Shown piece after piece: positions 30,516-39,754 of a stretch of 39,798 bases of DNA. The notes beneath the pieces were generated by a model. That model had not been told where the DNA came from and did not search any database. It saw only the letters and a program-made list of their open reading frames with translations. The position numbers were made by a program, and so were the translations under genes. The DNA is from Clostridiaceae bacterium (lineage in GTDB: Bacteria > Bacillota > Clostridia > Saccharofermentanales > Saccharofermentanaceae), in the NCBI GenBank assembly GCA_012718915.1, contig JAAYBI010000063.1, forward strand, positions 1-39,798. The letters run 5' to 3'. Every line of letters starts with the position of its first letter. The stretch's first letter is position 1.

Positions 30516-32003
30516 CTATTCCCGAGGAAGCCCCCCGGGAATTTTTTCGACCGCCACCTTCTTCACCCAAACACTCACTTTACCTCCGGAAACCGGGAAA
30601 TCGGCCTCGCCATAATCTGATAGTATTATCTCTTCAACACGATGACGGGTGATATCTACCCAAACTGTCTTTGCATGGCTTTCTCCAAACGAAAAATGCA
30701 ACGCGCCGTCATCCGTGTTACTAATAACCGTCACCAGCCCCGAATCCGCATGCTCAAGGTCGCCTAATCTCTGCCAACCCACGATGTGCGCATCATCAAA
30801 ACGATCCAATTGCTCTCCGTAGGCTAAAAATTTGCGAGCGAGCAACAGCGGGTCTAGTCGATCCTTCATCGGCGCCTTGGGAACCTCGCCGCCGATACCG
30901 TAGTAATCGCCGTAGAACAGACAGGGGTACCCGTCTTTTCTCAAAAGGATAAACGCGTATGCAATTTCTTTGAACCATTCTTCTATAAATGACTCCAAAG
31001 ATTGTCGATGCTGAGAATCATGATTATCCACGAATGTCACCACATTCATCGGATTATATGAGACCAATGCGTCCTTAAAGATTTCTCTCAAGTCATAATC
31101 TCTACCTCTTTGAGATGCCTCGAAAAGATTGAAATGCAAAGGCACATCAAAAAGCGTCATATGATAATCCACATCTGATAAATACTCACGTAATCGCTCC
31201 GGCTCGCCACGCCAATACTCACCCACTACAAAAAATGGCCGATCGACACTCTCTCGGATTTTACTGATAAAATACTGCATGAAATTATCGTCGATATGCT
31301 TTACGGCATCCATTCTCATGCCGTCTAAACCGAGTTCCTGGGTAATCCATCGGCCCCATCTGACAGTCTCTTCCACCACATCCGAATTATAATAATCAAT
31401 ATTCGCATACATCAGAAAATCGTAATTTCCAAATTCTTCATCCACTGCTTGTGCAAATTCTTTGCCTTCCCCGGCAAACTTGTATATAGCTGTCTCACCC
31501 GAACGTGCATCATAATCTGTTGCAGAAAAATGAGATTTATTCCACTTAAATGCAGAATATGTATTGCCACGACCCGGAAAATCGAACCGCGTCCAAGCTT
31601 CAATGGTGAAAGGCTCAGAAATAACTGTACGACGATCCATCGGGTCCACCTTAACAACAACCGTCTCCTCCGTCGCGTCCGCCGCTGCTTTATGATTCAA
31701 AACCACGTCGGCATAAACTTTCAATCCCTTTTCATGGAGTACAGAAATAGCTTCTGTTAATTCCGACTTGGTACCGTACTTCGTCGGAACCGTGCCTTTC
31801 TGGTCAAACTCGCCCAAGTCGAAAAGGTCATAGACCCCGTATCCGACATCATTCGGTCCCGTAGATTTGCAACACGGCGGAATCCATACTCCGGATACAC
31901 CAATACGCAATAGATTATCTGCATCTGCTTTTAATCTTTGCCAGTGACGCTGATCACAAGGCAATTCCCACTCGAAATATTGAATCATTATATAATTATC
32001 CAT
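30516..32003 (-). CDS. cytoplasmic GH13 alpha-amylase
   Basis: MIQYFEWELP...VWIPPCCKSTGPNDVGYGVYDLFDLGEFDQKGTVPTKYGTK...DVVLNHKA is closely similar to Bacillus alpha-amylase regions I-II. No signal peptide. Confidence 0.85.
   Translation of the reverse strand: MDNYIMIQYFEWELPCDQRHWQRLKADADNLLRIGVSGVWIPPCCKSTGPNDVGYGVYDLFDLGEFDQKGTVPTKYGTKSELTEAISVLHEKGLKVYADVVLNHKAAADATEETVVVKVDPMDRRTVISEPFTIEAWTRFDFPGRGNTYSAFKWNKSHFSATDYDARSGETAIYKFAGEGKEFAQAVDEEFGNYDFLMYANIDYYNSDVVEETVRWGRWITQELGLDGMRMDAVKHIDDNFMQYFISKIRESVDRPFFVVGEYWRGEPERLREYLSDVDYHMTLFDVPLHFNLFEASQRGRDYDLREIFKDALVSYNPMNVVTFVDNHDSQHRQSLESFIEEWFKEIAYAFILLRKDGYPCLFYGDYYGIGGEVPKAPMKDRLDPLLLARKFLAYGEQLDRFDDAHIVGWQRLGDLEHADSGLVTVISNTDDGALHFSFGESHAKTVWVDITRHRVEEIILSDYGEADFPVSGGKVSVWVKKVAVEKIPGGLPRE
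30519..30547 (+). terminator. candidate leuS terminator (TTCCCG-11 nt-CGGGAA + TTTTTT) lying within the 3' end of the convergent amylase gene
   Basis: 6-bp stem followed by a T6 run, 31 nt after the leuS stop. Confidence 0.4.
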
Positions 32004-32087
32004 ACTAACCTCATTGGACTCAAATTCTTGCTCAATTGATAATCCATTATACCAATACGAACAATACGAGCAAAGCGGAAATAGATG

Positions 32088-32116
32088 TTGACAACATGAT
32101 CCTAAATCCCTATAAT
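32088..32116 (+). promoter_or_regulatory. consensus sigma-A promoter TTGACA-17-TATAAT upstream of tRNA-Thr
   Basis: Exact TTGACA at 32088-32093 and TATAAT at 32111-32116 with a 17-nt spacer. Confidence 0.75.
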
Positions 32117-32143
32117 TTCATTTGCGCCAACGACTATAATTAT

Positions 32144-32219
32144 GCCGATTTAGCTCAGTTGGTAGAGCAGCTGATTTGTAATCAGCAGGTCGTCAGTTCG
32201 AGTCTGACAATCGGCTCCA
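32144..32219 (+). tRNA. tRNA-Thr (anticodon UGU), CCA encoded
   Basis: Cloverleaf: acceptor GCCGATT/AATCGGC, D-arm GCTC...GAGC, anticodon stem GCTGA/TCAGC with loop TTTGTAA, T-arm GTCAG TTCGAGT CTGAC, discriminator T, CCA. Confidence 0.85.
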
Positions 32220-32223
32220 CGAT

Positions 32224-32260
32224 GAGCCCGCAACATTAGACGTTGCGGGCTCATTTTTTT
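32224..32260 (+). terminator. rho-independent terminator (GAGCCCGCAAC / GTTGCGGGCTC + ATTTTTTT)
   Basis: Perfect 11-bp stem immediately after the tRNA, followed by T7. Confidence 0.85.
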
Positions 32261-32453
32261 GTGACAAAGAGCATCGCCCCCAATAAATATTTATTGAATC
32301 GATAAAATCGTTGCGTTTTTTCATACATTTATGAATATCCGAATTTATTCGCAACAATACGCAAATTGATTACATTTTTACATTTTCAGCAATTCAGTTA
32401 TGTGATACGAGCAATTCTGCTGTGAAAGGAGTACGAGCACCCCGAATTTTCTG

Positions 32454-32555
32454 TTGGAGGAATTTCGAATAATTATCGTATACCTCATTCTCGTGACTCT
32501 GGTTGCGGTGGTATCGATTATTATTGCGGTGTTCAACGGCGTGGCTTTCCTATGA
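32454..32555 (+). CDS. possible small hydrophobic peptide ORF (33 codons; LEEFRIIIVYLILVTLVAVVSIIIAVFNGVAFL)
   Basis: In-frame hydrophobic TM-like ORF in an otherwise ORF-free 680-bp region. GGAGGAA lies within and just after a TTG. Start codon is uncertain (TTG/ATA/ATT). Could be spurious. Confidence 0.15.
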   Translation: MEEFRIIIVYLILVTLVAVVSIIIAVFNGVAFL

Positions 32556-32942
32556 CCCTTCCTTGGACATCTTGATCATAATCCTATCAACCGTTTCCCT
32601 GATCTCTGTTGCAATTTATAGACATTTAAACTAAATAGAAATTCCGAAGAGGCATAAGCCTTTTTGATGCTTATCTCAAAAACCTCGGCAGATATTGTCG
32701 AGGCCTTAACGTTTTCAGATAAATCAAACAATCCGGAGAAAGAGAACCATTCATATATATTGATCGAGAAATCCATTAATATAAGCATTTGTAACAGTGT
32801 TACGATGTTTTCATTATATGTTCTATGTTTCCGTAATATGATCAATTTGAGGCAATACTCCGCATATACTTGCCTCCTTTGATCTGATCTTATTACAATA
32901 GACAAATAGCAATTCGTACAACACAAAAAATAAGGATGGCTC

Positions 32943-34115
32943 ATGAAGACTTTCATTACCAAAATCTCGGCAAAATTATCAGAGCAATTGCTTCGAATCA
33001 GAAATTCTCGTTTCCTTACGTCTATAAAGGAGACTCGATTATTTCCTTTTCTTCATAAGTATCATATCCAGGTACTTGGTTCATTAACTGTTATCTTGGC
33101 AAGCATCGCTGTGCTGTTAGTAGTCAGCCCGCTGATATCCGGAGCAGAAGGACAGACAACATTAGACGGATCAACTTCTGTCGAACAGAATTCATTATCT
33201 GATACTATTTCTGAACCCACTCCAAGTCCGTCGCCAACACCTACTTCAACGCCGACTCCTACGCCTACCCCGGACCCGACACTTCGCTTCGGTGACGAAA
33301 ACGAACGGGTCCAACAACTTCAAGAACGACTAATGGCACTTAATTACATGGATCTTGACGAGTCTACACAATACTACGGACCCGCTACTCAATACGCTGT
33401 ATCTCTCTTTCAGCGACAACATGATTTAGCCCAAGACGGCGTAGCCGGTCCTCTTACTCTCGATATGATTAACTCCCCTGACGCCAAAAATTACACGCTT
33501 CTCGAGGGCACACGCGGATCAGACGTCGATAGTCTACAACGTCAGTTAGTTGACCTCGGATACCTAAGCAATTCAACCGGCTATTACGGTACAGAAACCG
33601 TGAAAGCAGTCAAAGCCTTCCAAGAAAGAAACGGTTTGGCAGTTGACGGCAAGACCGGCGAGCAGACTCTTTCTCTTATTTTTTCTCCAAACGCCAAGCA
33701 AAGTGCATCAAAAGTCCAGGCCGAATTGCGCAGTGCAAATATCAAGGAATTTATTGCCGCTGCAGAAAAGCAACTTGGCGATCCATACGTTCTCGGTTCT
33801 GTGGGACCGGATACTTTTGATTGCTCAGGTTTAGTCTATTATTGTCTTAAACAAGCCGGTTCATCGCGAGGCCGATATAATGCAGCCGGATACGCTCAGG
33901 TTACAGATTGGGAGAAGATTTCTTCTATGGACAACTTACAAATCGGTGATTTGCTGTTTTTCAGTACCGGAGGTAAATCGGTGGGGCACGTCGGCATTTA
34001 CATTGGTGGCGGCATGATGATTGATGCATCTTCTTCCAGCAACGCTGTCGTAAAGCGTTCATGCCGGACGGATTTCTGGGAAAGAAACTTCGTTTATGCA
34101 AGGCGCCCCTGGTGA
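32943..34115 (+). CDS. cell-wall hydrolase: N-terminal membrane anchor, PT linker, two peptidoglycan-binding (PG_binding_1) repeats, C-terminal NlpC/P60 endopeptidase
   Basis: Repeats L..LGY...G.YG..T..AV..FQ...GL..DG..G..TL occur twice. NlpC/P60 catalytic region DCSGLVYYC...GHVGIYIGGGMMIDA. Confidence 0.8.
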   Translation: MKTFITKISAKLSEQLLRIRNSRFLTSIKETRLFPFLHKYHIQVLGSLTVILASIAVLLVVSPLISGAEGQTTLDGSTSVEQNSLSDTISEPTPSPSPTPTSTPTPTPTPDPTLRFGDENERVQQLQERLMALNYMDLDESTQYYGPATQYAVSLFQRQHDLAQDGVAGPLTLDMINSPDAKNYTLLEGTRGSDVDSLQRQLVDLGYLSNSTGYYGTETVKAVKAFQERNGLAVDGKTGEQTLSLIFSPNAKQSASKVQAELRSANIKEFIAAAEKQLGDPYVLGSVGPDTFDCSGLVYYCLKQAGSSRGRYNAAGYAQVTDWEKISSMDNLQIGDLLFFSTGGKSVGHVGIYIGGGMMIDASSSSNAVVKRSCRTDFWERNFVYARRPW

Positions 34116-34141
34116 GTATCTTGAAACGCCCAAATAAAAAT

Positions 34142-34178
34142 GCCGCCATGTGATTAGACACATAGCGGTATTTTTTAT
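34142..34178. terminator. probable bidirectional terminator between the convergent NlpC/P60 and flotillin genes
   Basis: Imperfect 11-bp stem GCCGCCATGTG/CACATAGCGGT flanked by AAATAAAAA and ATTTTTTAT. Confidence 0.5.
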
Positions 34179-34225
34179 GAATTTTCAATTATCTGGTTCT
34201 TTTGAAGACTGTCAGAGTCGAAAAG

Positions 34226-35629
34226 TTATTCAGCAGGCTTCGTCTCAACTGTGGCTTCCACTGATTTATTCTTTCCGAGGTACTCCGGAAGTTCCATTCC
34301 GGCCATGTCAAACATCTCATTCATCGGCGGGATGCTCTTCATGATTCCTGACAGAAAGTTAGCTGTTGCCGTCTTGCCATCTTTTCCGGCGGCTCCTCCG
34401 TTACTATCCCATACTGTAACCTTATCGATCTTAATATTTTTGATCGCCTCGACTTGAACACGAACGATATCTTCGAGCTTATCGGCGATAATCAATCGAA
34501 TGGCGTCCGTCGGATTGCCGCCGGCTGCTTCAACTACTCGAGCAAAACCAGCCGCTTGCTTGGTTAGTATTTCTTCCATACCACGTGCTTCCGCTTCCAT
34601 TTTCGCGAAGATAGCATCCGCTTCACCACGTGCTCTGCGTCGAGTTTGTTCAGCTTGTGCCTCTGCGGCAATTTCAAGTTGACGCTTATCAATTTCCGCC
34701 TTAACAACGATATCCGCTTCGAGGGTTGCCTTTTCTCTGGCTGCACGTGCAAGTTCAGCGGCTTGCTCTGCAGAGTATGCATCTTGAGCTGCTTTTGCCG
34801 CTTGAATTTTCTCGGCAGATACTGCTCTTCTCATTGCTTCTGCTTCGAGTTCGCGACGAACCGCATCAGATGCCGCAATGTTGGCCTTTGCTTCGTTTTC
34901 GCCCTTTACAGCTTCAGAGTTCGCCAAGGAAACTTTTATTCTTTGGTCCATATTGGCATTGGCCTCACCAATTGCACCTTCACGATCTGCTTCAGCAACA
35001 GATTTCTTGGCATCGTTGATTGCCTTAGCAGCGGCTTCTTTACCCAACGCAACGATATAGCCGGACTCATCATTAATATCGGTTACGTTAACGTTAATCA
35101 GACGAAGGCCAATCTTCTTTAGCTCAGTCTCAACGTTACCGGATACAGCTTCAAGAAACTTGTCGCGATCCGTATTAATTTCTTCGATATCCATCGTTGC
35201 GATGATCAAACGAAGCTGTCCAAAAATAATGTCCTTAGCTAAATCTTGAACGTCTGTTAACTTCAAGCCCAGCAAACGTTCAGCTGCATTCTGCATGATG
35301 CCCTCTTCTGTCGAGATACCAACAGTAAATCTCGAAGGGACATCGATACGTATGTTTTGTCTTGAGAGCGCATTGGTCAAATCGACACTAATAGATATTG
35401 GTGTCAGGTCCATATACTCATAGGCTTGAAAAATTGGCCATATGAATGCTGCACCACCATGAATACAACGAGCAGAGCGCGAGGTGCCATCATCATTGCT
35501 TCCGACCTTACCATAAATAACCATGATTTTATCGGATGGGCACTTACGATAACGAGATAAAATGATGATGATAGTCGTCAATACCAGTATAGCAATGACA
35601 ATCACCAAAACTAATGATTCGAAAGGCAT
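34226..35629 (-). CDS. floT: flotillin-like SPFH/band-7 protein (FloT/YuaG-like)
   Basis: N-terminal TM anchor, SPFH domain, long Ala/Glu-rich coiled-coil (EA repeats), C-terminal tail. 467 aa. Confidence 0.8.
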   Translation of the reverse strand: MPFESLVLVIVIAILVLTTIIIILSRYRKCPSDKIMVIYGKVGSNDDGTSRSARCIHGGAAFIWPIFQAYEYMDLTPISISVDLTNALSRQNIRIDVPSRFTVGISTEEGIMQNAAERLLGLKLTDVQDLAKDIIFGQLRLIIATMDIEEINTDRDKFLEAVSGNVETELKKIGLRLINVNVTDINDESGYIVALGKEAAAKAINDAKKSVAEADREGAIGEANANMDQRIKVSLANSEAVKGENEAKANIAASDAVRRELEAEAMRRAVSAEKIQAAKAAQDAYSAEQAAELARAAREKATLEADIVVKAEIDKRQLEIAAEAQAEQTRRRARGEADAIFAKMEAEARGMEEILTKQAAGFARVVEAAGGNPTDAIRLIIADKLEDIVRVQVEAIKNIKIDKVTVWDSNGGAAGKDGKTATANFLSGIMKSIPPMNEMFDMAGMELPEYLGKNKSVEATVETKPAE

Positions 35630-35643
35630 AAAACTTTTCCTCC

Positions 35644-36252
35644 TTATTTCTCTTGGTTTTCTTTATTTGCTTCCGGCAACGATACTATTAAAGTATTGCT
35701 GTCGTCTAAGCCATTGATAACGACATTTATCCCAGGCTTGATGGCTTGCCCGTCTTTTGTTACTGCATCACATTCAACAAAGCGACCTTGCAGCGTCAAA
35801 TTAACTTTTCCGCTTCTTCCGTCAGCAGGAATTGTGATGTACACCTTTGCATTTTTGCCGATTGCGTTCTTGTAATCTATTTTGCCATCTGCTTGAAGCT
35901 TTTTTGTAAGCTTTATCATGAATGCTACAAAAAGTAGCGCTAAAATACCGGCAATCAAAGCAACTAATGTTACGAAGAAAGTATGAATTTCAAGTTGCGC
36001 CATGACTATGCCGGTCCAACCACCAACCGCAAAAAAAGCCACAATGCCTCTGACGCTTACAAGTGCCAAGCCCTCTGAATCGTCAGAAAAACTCGCATCC
36101 GAAACATCGCCGTCAACATCAACGTCAGCATCCAAATCACCAACACCAATGACCACTAAAATGGTTTGAATGATCATGATTATAGTTGCCGGAACAGCTA
36201 CGATTCCAAAAATTCTTTGCAACAGCGATAAAGATTCCCACCAATCAAACAT
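35644..36252 (-). CDS. NfeD-like membrane protein (YuaF-like), partner of flotillin
   Basis: N-terminal TM helices, acidic linker DLDADVDVDGDV, C-terminal OB-fold-like soluble domain. Located directly upstream of the flotillin gene. Confidence 0.7.
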   Translation of the reverse strand: MFDWWESLSLLQRIFGIVAVPATIIMIIQTILVVIGVGDLDADVDVDGDVSDASFSDDSEGLALVSVRGIVAFFAVGGWTGIVMAQLEIHTFFVTLVALIAGILALLFVAFMIKLTKKLQADGKIDYKNAIGKNAKVYITIPADGRSGKVNLTLQGRFVECDAVTKDGQAIKPGINVVINGLDDSNTLIVSLPEANKENQEK

Positions 36253-36296
36253 AATTTCCCTCCTGTCTCATCGAATGAGACGAGCTGCAATCTTCA

Positions 36297-36854
36297 CTAT
36301 TTCCGAAGATCTTCCAACAATTTTTCGGCCTGCAGCCTAATGAGTATTGATCTGTCTGCCAGAATGATGATTTTCAGTGAAGCAGATAAACGATGTTTTG
36401 CTCCGGGGATGATCTCAACATAGTGTTGTGTTACTTCGTTTATGCATTGATCAAGCATTTCATCATCAACCTGGACGCCTGAAGCACATCGATTAACCAG
36501 CAGACAGATGTACTCATATAGCTGCGACTCCGGTATGATGTCATCCGAGCTGTCATACACAGATCCGTTAACATACGACAGAAGAAACGCAATTTGCTCT
36601 AACTGAAAAGCAGCTCGAAGCATATTTATAATCAGAATTCTGGCGACCTGATCAATATTGTATCCTCTGTTGACCGGCGGACTGACCCATCCTCGCTTGA
36701 CCCAGTTTTGAAGCGCCGAAGCATCTAGTCCCGTCATTTCACGAATCTGTGACAACTTCATACTCGACGTTGCGGCAAAAATACCATTCAAAAAACCCAC
36801 ACCGGGTATATTCTGTTCTCTTCTTGCCGGTATTGTCGTGCCCGGAATTGTCAT
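36297..36854 (-). CDS. second DUF1836-like / MerR-like HTH protein
   Basis: MTGLDASALQNWVKRGWVSPPVNRGYNIDQVARILIINMLRAAFQLEQI parallels the DUF1836 motif of the 12475-13104 gene and a MerR-type HTH. Real start is the ATG at 36854 after AAGGAGGT. Confidence 0.4.
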   Translation of the reverse strand: MTIPGTTIPARREQNIPGVGFLNGIFAATSSMKLSQIREMTGLDASALQNWVKRGWVSPPVNRGYNIDQVARILIINMLRAAFQLEQIAFLLSYVNGSVYDSSDDIIPESQLYEYICLLVNRCASGVQVDDEMLDQCINEVTQHYVEIIPGAKHRLSASLKIIILADRSILIRLQAEKLLEDLRK

Positions 36855-37048
36855 AATGTACCTCCTTTCGAACTTCATGGTCATATATTACCATGCGTTC
36901 ACATGAACGTCAATAGCATTCTTGAGAACTTTTTTTGTAATCCGTTGAACTCGCACCCGGTTCCTTTGAACCTTATCCCCTAATCACAAATTGTAAAAAA
37001 TTTTGAGAGGCGCAAACATAGCGCCTCTCAATAAAATCGGTAATACGC

Positions 37049-38020
37049 TTATATCGGCATCGAATAATCATCTACATAACCAAGAATGTCATCCTCATCC
37101 ATCTGTACCTCAACAGCGGCATCCTTAACTTTTTTGGGAACTTCAATCTCATCGACTTTATTGACTGAGCTAAATGCGACAGTAACCATCGCCGTCTTAA
37201 CGTCAAATTTGATATTCATATTTTGCATTGAACCTTCACCAGCCGACATCGAGTCTTCGTAAATTGCCATGACATCCTTCATGACACTGGTAAGCATACC
37301 GGCAAAATCAATCTCTATATATGCCGGCAAAGAAGACTTCTTGTCAATCCAGATTGTGACTTCTGCTTCATAGTCTTCTAAATCTATGCCTTCGTCTGCT
37401 AAGGACTCAAGCATCTCTTCGATGTCTTCAACAGAAACATCAAGATCAGATTCCTTGATTGCGTCGATGAGCATCATGCCATCAATGTTGCCCTTTAATA
37501 CGTAAGCATCACTTTTGTTCACTTTCTCGAGCTTTTTCTCAAGTTCAAATTCATCAGCATAATCAGACAACAAAATCATAAACTCTTCGGGAGTGAACTT
37601 CTCCAGAATTTTTGACACATCGTCATAATCGTCATCCTCGATAAGCACCTGCGCCCACTCCGACCCATCTGAAGCATAAACGGTATATGAATCTTTCTCA
37701 TTTATCGCATACATTTCAAAATCAAACTTCTCAGAACCCTGCATCGGAATCTGAACATCCATGTCACCTGACAAATGAATAGCGTCTTCAGTGACTTCGG
37801 CATTCATTTCCGCAGCAAGTTCGATTCCAAGCGAAACCGTGTCCACTTCAATTGACATATCCAAATCGAATATCATTTCCGATTCAAAAGAATCGACTTT
37901 ACTGAGTGCCTTCTCAGAATCTTTAAATAAGGAATCGACTGTCGCCTTCTTCCCGCATGCTGTAACAGGAACAAGCATAGCAATCATTAACACTATGCAG
38001 AGAATTTTCTTTTTCATCAT
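37049..38020 (-). CDS. putative acidic lipoprotein (unknown function)
   Basis: Signal peptide MMKKKILCIVLMIAMLVPVTAC with a lipobox Cys. Very Asp/Glu-rich mature protein. GGAGGG RBS. The tool start was a TTG at 38032. Confidence 0.55.
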   Translation of the reverse strand: MMKKKILCIVLMIAMLVPVTACGKKATVDSLFKDSEKALSKVDSFESEMIFDLDMSIEVDTVSLGIELAAEMNAEVTEDAIHLSGDMDVQIPMQGSEKFDFEMYAINEKDSYTVYASDGSEWAQVLIEDDDYDDVSKILEKFTPEEFMILLSDYADEFELEKKLEKVNKSDAYVLKGNIDGMMLIDAIKESDLDVSVEDIEEMLESLADEGIDLEDYEAEVTIWIDKKSSLPAYIEIDFAGMLTSVMKDVMAIYEDSMSAGEGSMQNMNIKFDVKTAMVTVAFSSVNKVDEIEVPKKVKDAAVEVQMDEDDILGYVDDYSMPI

Positions 38021-38207
38021 ATAACCCTCCAATATAAAGATAAATTAGATACTAAGACTTATTATAACTTTAATTGATGAGTGACTCAATAGAATCCAAC
38101 TCGCTTAGACAATAGATATTTTCACGTTTCAAATATGTTATAATTTTATGTAGTGGAATTTGTAGCTTTTTCACAATCTGCTTTCACCCAAAAAGGGAGG
38201 AAATTTT

Positions 38208-39179
38208 TTGTCTATAATCACTATTTCCCGTCAAATGGGTAGCCTCGGAGACGAAATTGCGCAAGCCCTTTCAAGTAGAACAGATGCCGAATTAATTACT
38301 CGGAACGAATTAATTCATCGCTTTTTCGAAAAGGTCACTGACTTTAGAGAAAAACATATGCTCAAAGAAAGCGCGAAGTTTTTTCTTACTGAAAATCGAC
38401 ACGTCGGGCAATATAAAGCGTATCTGGAAAACGAACTTATGCAGATGGCCACGAAGAAATCGTACATCTTGAAAGGATTTGGATCTCAAGTCATTTTCTC
38501 AGATTATGCGGACGCCGTTCATATCAGAATTATCGCTCCCGAGTCAGAGCGAATCGCTCGAATTCGAAGGCAGTATAAAGTATCTGATCAAGAGGCTGAA
38601 CAGATTTTGGCTACTGCGGACAAGAAACACAAGCGGTTTGTTTCAACTTTATATAATGTTGATATCACTGACACTTCACTTTACCATCTCATTCTCAACA
38701 CCGCAAAAGCCGACGTTGATGAATGTGTTGCCTCTATTCTTGCGCTCGCCGACTCTCACGCTGTGAAAATTAGGCTAAGCCAAGAAAGCAAGGCTCAAGA
38801 AGCGATCGATCATCAGACTATATTTTCCGATTTCAAAAATCCTTCCGAAGCTGAGTTTGCTCGTGTTCTCGATATGTATCATATCGATTGGAAGTATGAA
38901 CCAAAAACCTTTCCGGTCGAGTGGGATGCCGAGGGCAATGTAACTATGGCCTTCAGTCCGGACTTCTATTTGCCAAAATTTGACACTTATCTTGAACTTA
39001 CTACTATGAATCAGAAATACGTCACTGCTAAAAACCGCAAACTAAAAAAAGTTCGCGAATTGTATCCCGGAACAAACGTCCGGATAGTGTACAAAAAAGA
39101 CTTCATGTCTTTGATAGAACGCTTCAAAATGTTTGGCAATGATTTTTCGGCCGAAGCTAACGACGAATCAAAAACCTAA
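38208..39179 (+). CDS. fusion protein: cytidylate-kinase-like family (P-loop NMP-kinase-like) N-domain + C-terminal DUF559/Vsr-like restriction-endonuclease-fold domain
   Basis: N-terminus MSIITISRQMGSLGDEIAQALS is typical of the Cytidylate_kin2 family. C-terminal 120 aa SEAEFARVLDMYHIDWKYE...FSPDFYLPKFDTYLELTT...NRKLKKVRELYPGTNVRIVYKKDF follows the DUF559/Vsr topology, but the usual D/H catalytic residues are not evident. TTG start with AAAAGGGAGG RBS. Confidence 0.55.
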   Translation: MSIITISRQMGSLGDEIAQALSSRTDAELITRNELIHRFFEKVTDFREKHMLKESAKFFLTENRHVGQYKAYLENELMQMATKKSYILKGFGSQVIFSDYADAVHIRIIAPESERIARIRRQYKVSDQEAEQILATADKKHKRFVSTLYNVDITDTSLYHLILNTAKADVDECVASILALADSHAVKIRLSQESKAQEAIDHQTIFSDFKNPSEAEFARVLDMYHIDWKYEPKTFPVEWDAEGNVTMAFSPDFYLPKFDTYLELTTMNQKYVTAKNRKLKKVRELYPGTNVRIVYKKDFMSLIERFKMFGNDFSAEANDESKT

Positions 39180-39208
39180 TTCATACATATTGAAAGGATC
39201 ATAATCTG

Positions 39209-39754
39209 ATGAAAGATCTTCATGTCAAACGCATCCTTATTACAGAGGAACAAATTGCGGAGCGAACAGTAGCGATTGGCAAGCAAATCTCTCAAGATTA
39301 CGCCGATAAAGATTTGGTTTTGATTGCTGTGCTGAAAGGATCCATGTATTTCTTTTCTGATTTGACACGTCAAATTGATTTACCCATCGGAATTGATATG
39401 ATTGCCATCGGCAGCATCCCGGATACGACCAGCCAAACCGGAATTGTAAGGATTACGAAAGATCTCGACCTAAATATTACAGGAAAGCACGTATTAGTTG
39501 TAGAGGATATCATCCGCACCGGACTGACAACGGCATATCTTATCCAAAATCTCGAGGCTCGTAAGCCACTTTCCGTCGGAGTATGCACACTGCTTTACAA
39601 TCCGGACCGTCTTCTCATCAACGTACCAATTTCATATTATGGCTTCGAAATTAGCAGGTCCTGGCTCGTAGGATACGGCATGGACATCGACGAGAAATTT
39701 CGAAACCTTCCATACATAGCAGAATTGGAACGGCGCACCAAAATTGATGACTGA
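39209..39754 (+). CDS. hypoxanthine/guanine phosphoribosyltransferase paralog (copy 2)
   Basis: PRPP motif VLVVEDIIRTGLT. Co-linear similarity to the hpt at 1918-2472 but divergent. 30 nt downstream of the kinase-nuclease-fold gene on the same strand. Confidence 0.8.
   Translation: MKDLHVKRILITEEQIAERTVAIGKQISQDYADKDLVLIAVLKGSMYFFSDLTRQIDLPIGIDMIAIGSIPDTTSQTGIVRITKDLDLNITGKHVLVVEDIIRTGLTTAYLIQNLEARKPLSVGVCTLLYNPDRLLINVPISYYGFEISRSWLVGYGMDIDEKFRNLPYIAELERRTKIDD

Noticed and set aside
32260-32942. c-di-AMP (ydaO-type) riboswitch upstream of the NlpC/P60 hydrolase
   Set aside because: This riboswitch class often precedes cell-wall hydrolase genes. I looked for the conserved GGGGA/ACGGG-rich pseudo-symmetric core and did not see it. 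The region is AT-rich without the expected G-rich conserved blocks.
32144-32942. Integrative element at the tRNA-Thr 3' end
   Set aside because: No direct repeat of the tRNA 3' end downstream and no integrase or recombinase gene, so there is no evidence of an island.
32576-32962. 128-aa minus-strand ORF upstream of the NlpC/P60 gene
   Set aside because: AT-rich low-complexity translation (Phe/Tyr/Cys/Ile-rich). It overlaps the start of the hydrolase gene and has no RBS. Most likely non-coding.
34251-35122. Several plus-strand ORFs (34251-34457, 34500-34682, 34646-35122, 34726-35019, 34878-35060) inside the flotillin gene
   Set aside because: Antisense or alternate frames of the Ala/Glu-rich coiled-coil coding region. 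Repetitive GCN/GAR codons generate spurious open frames.
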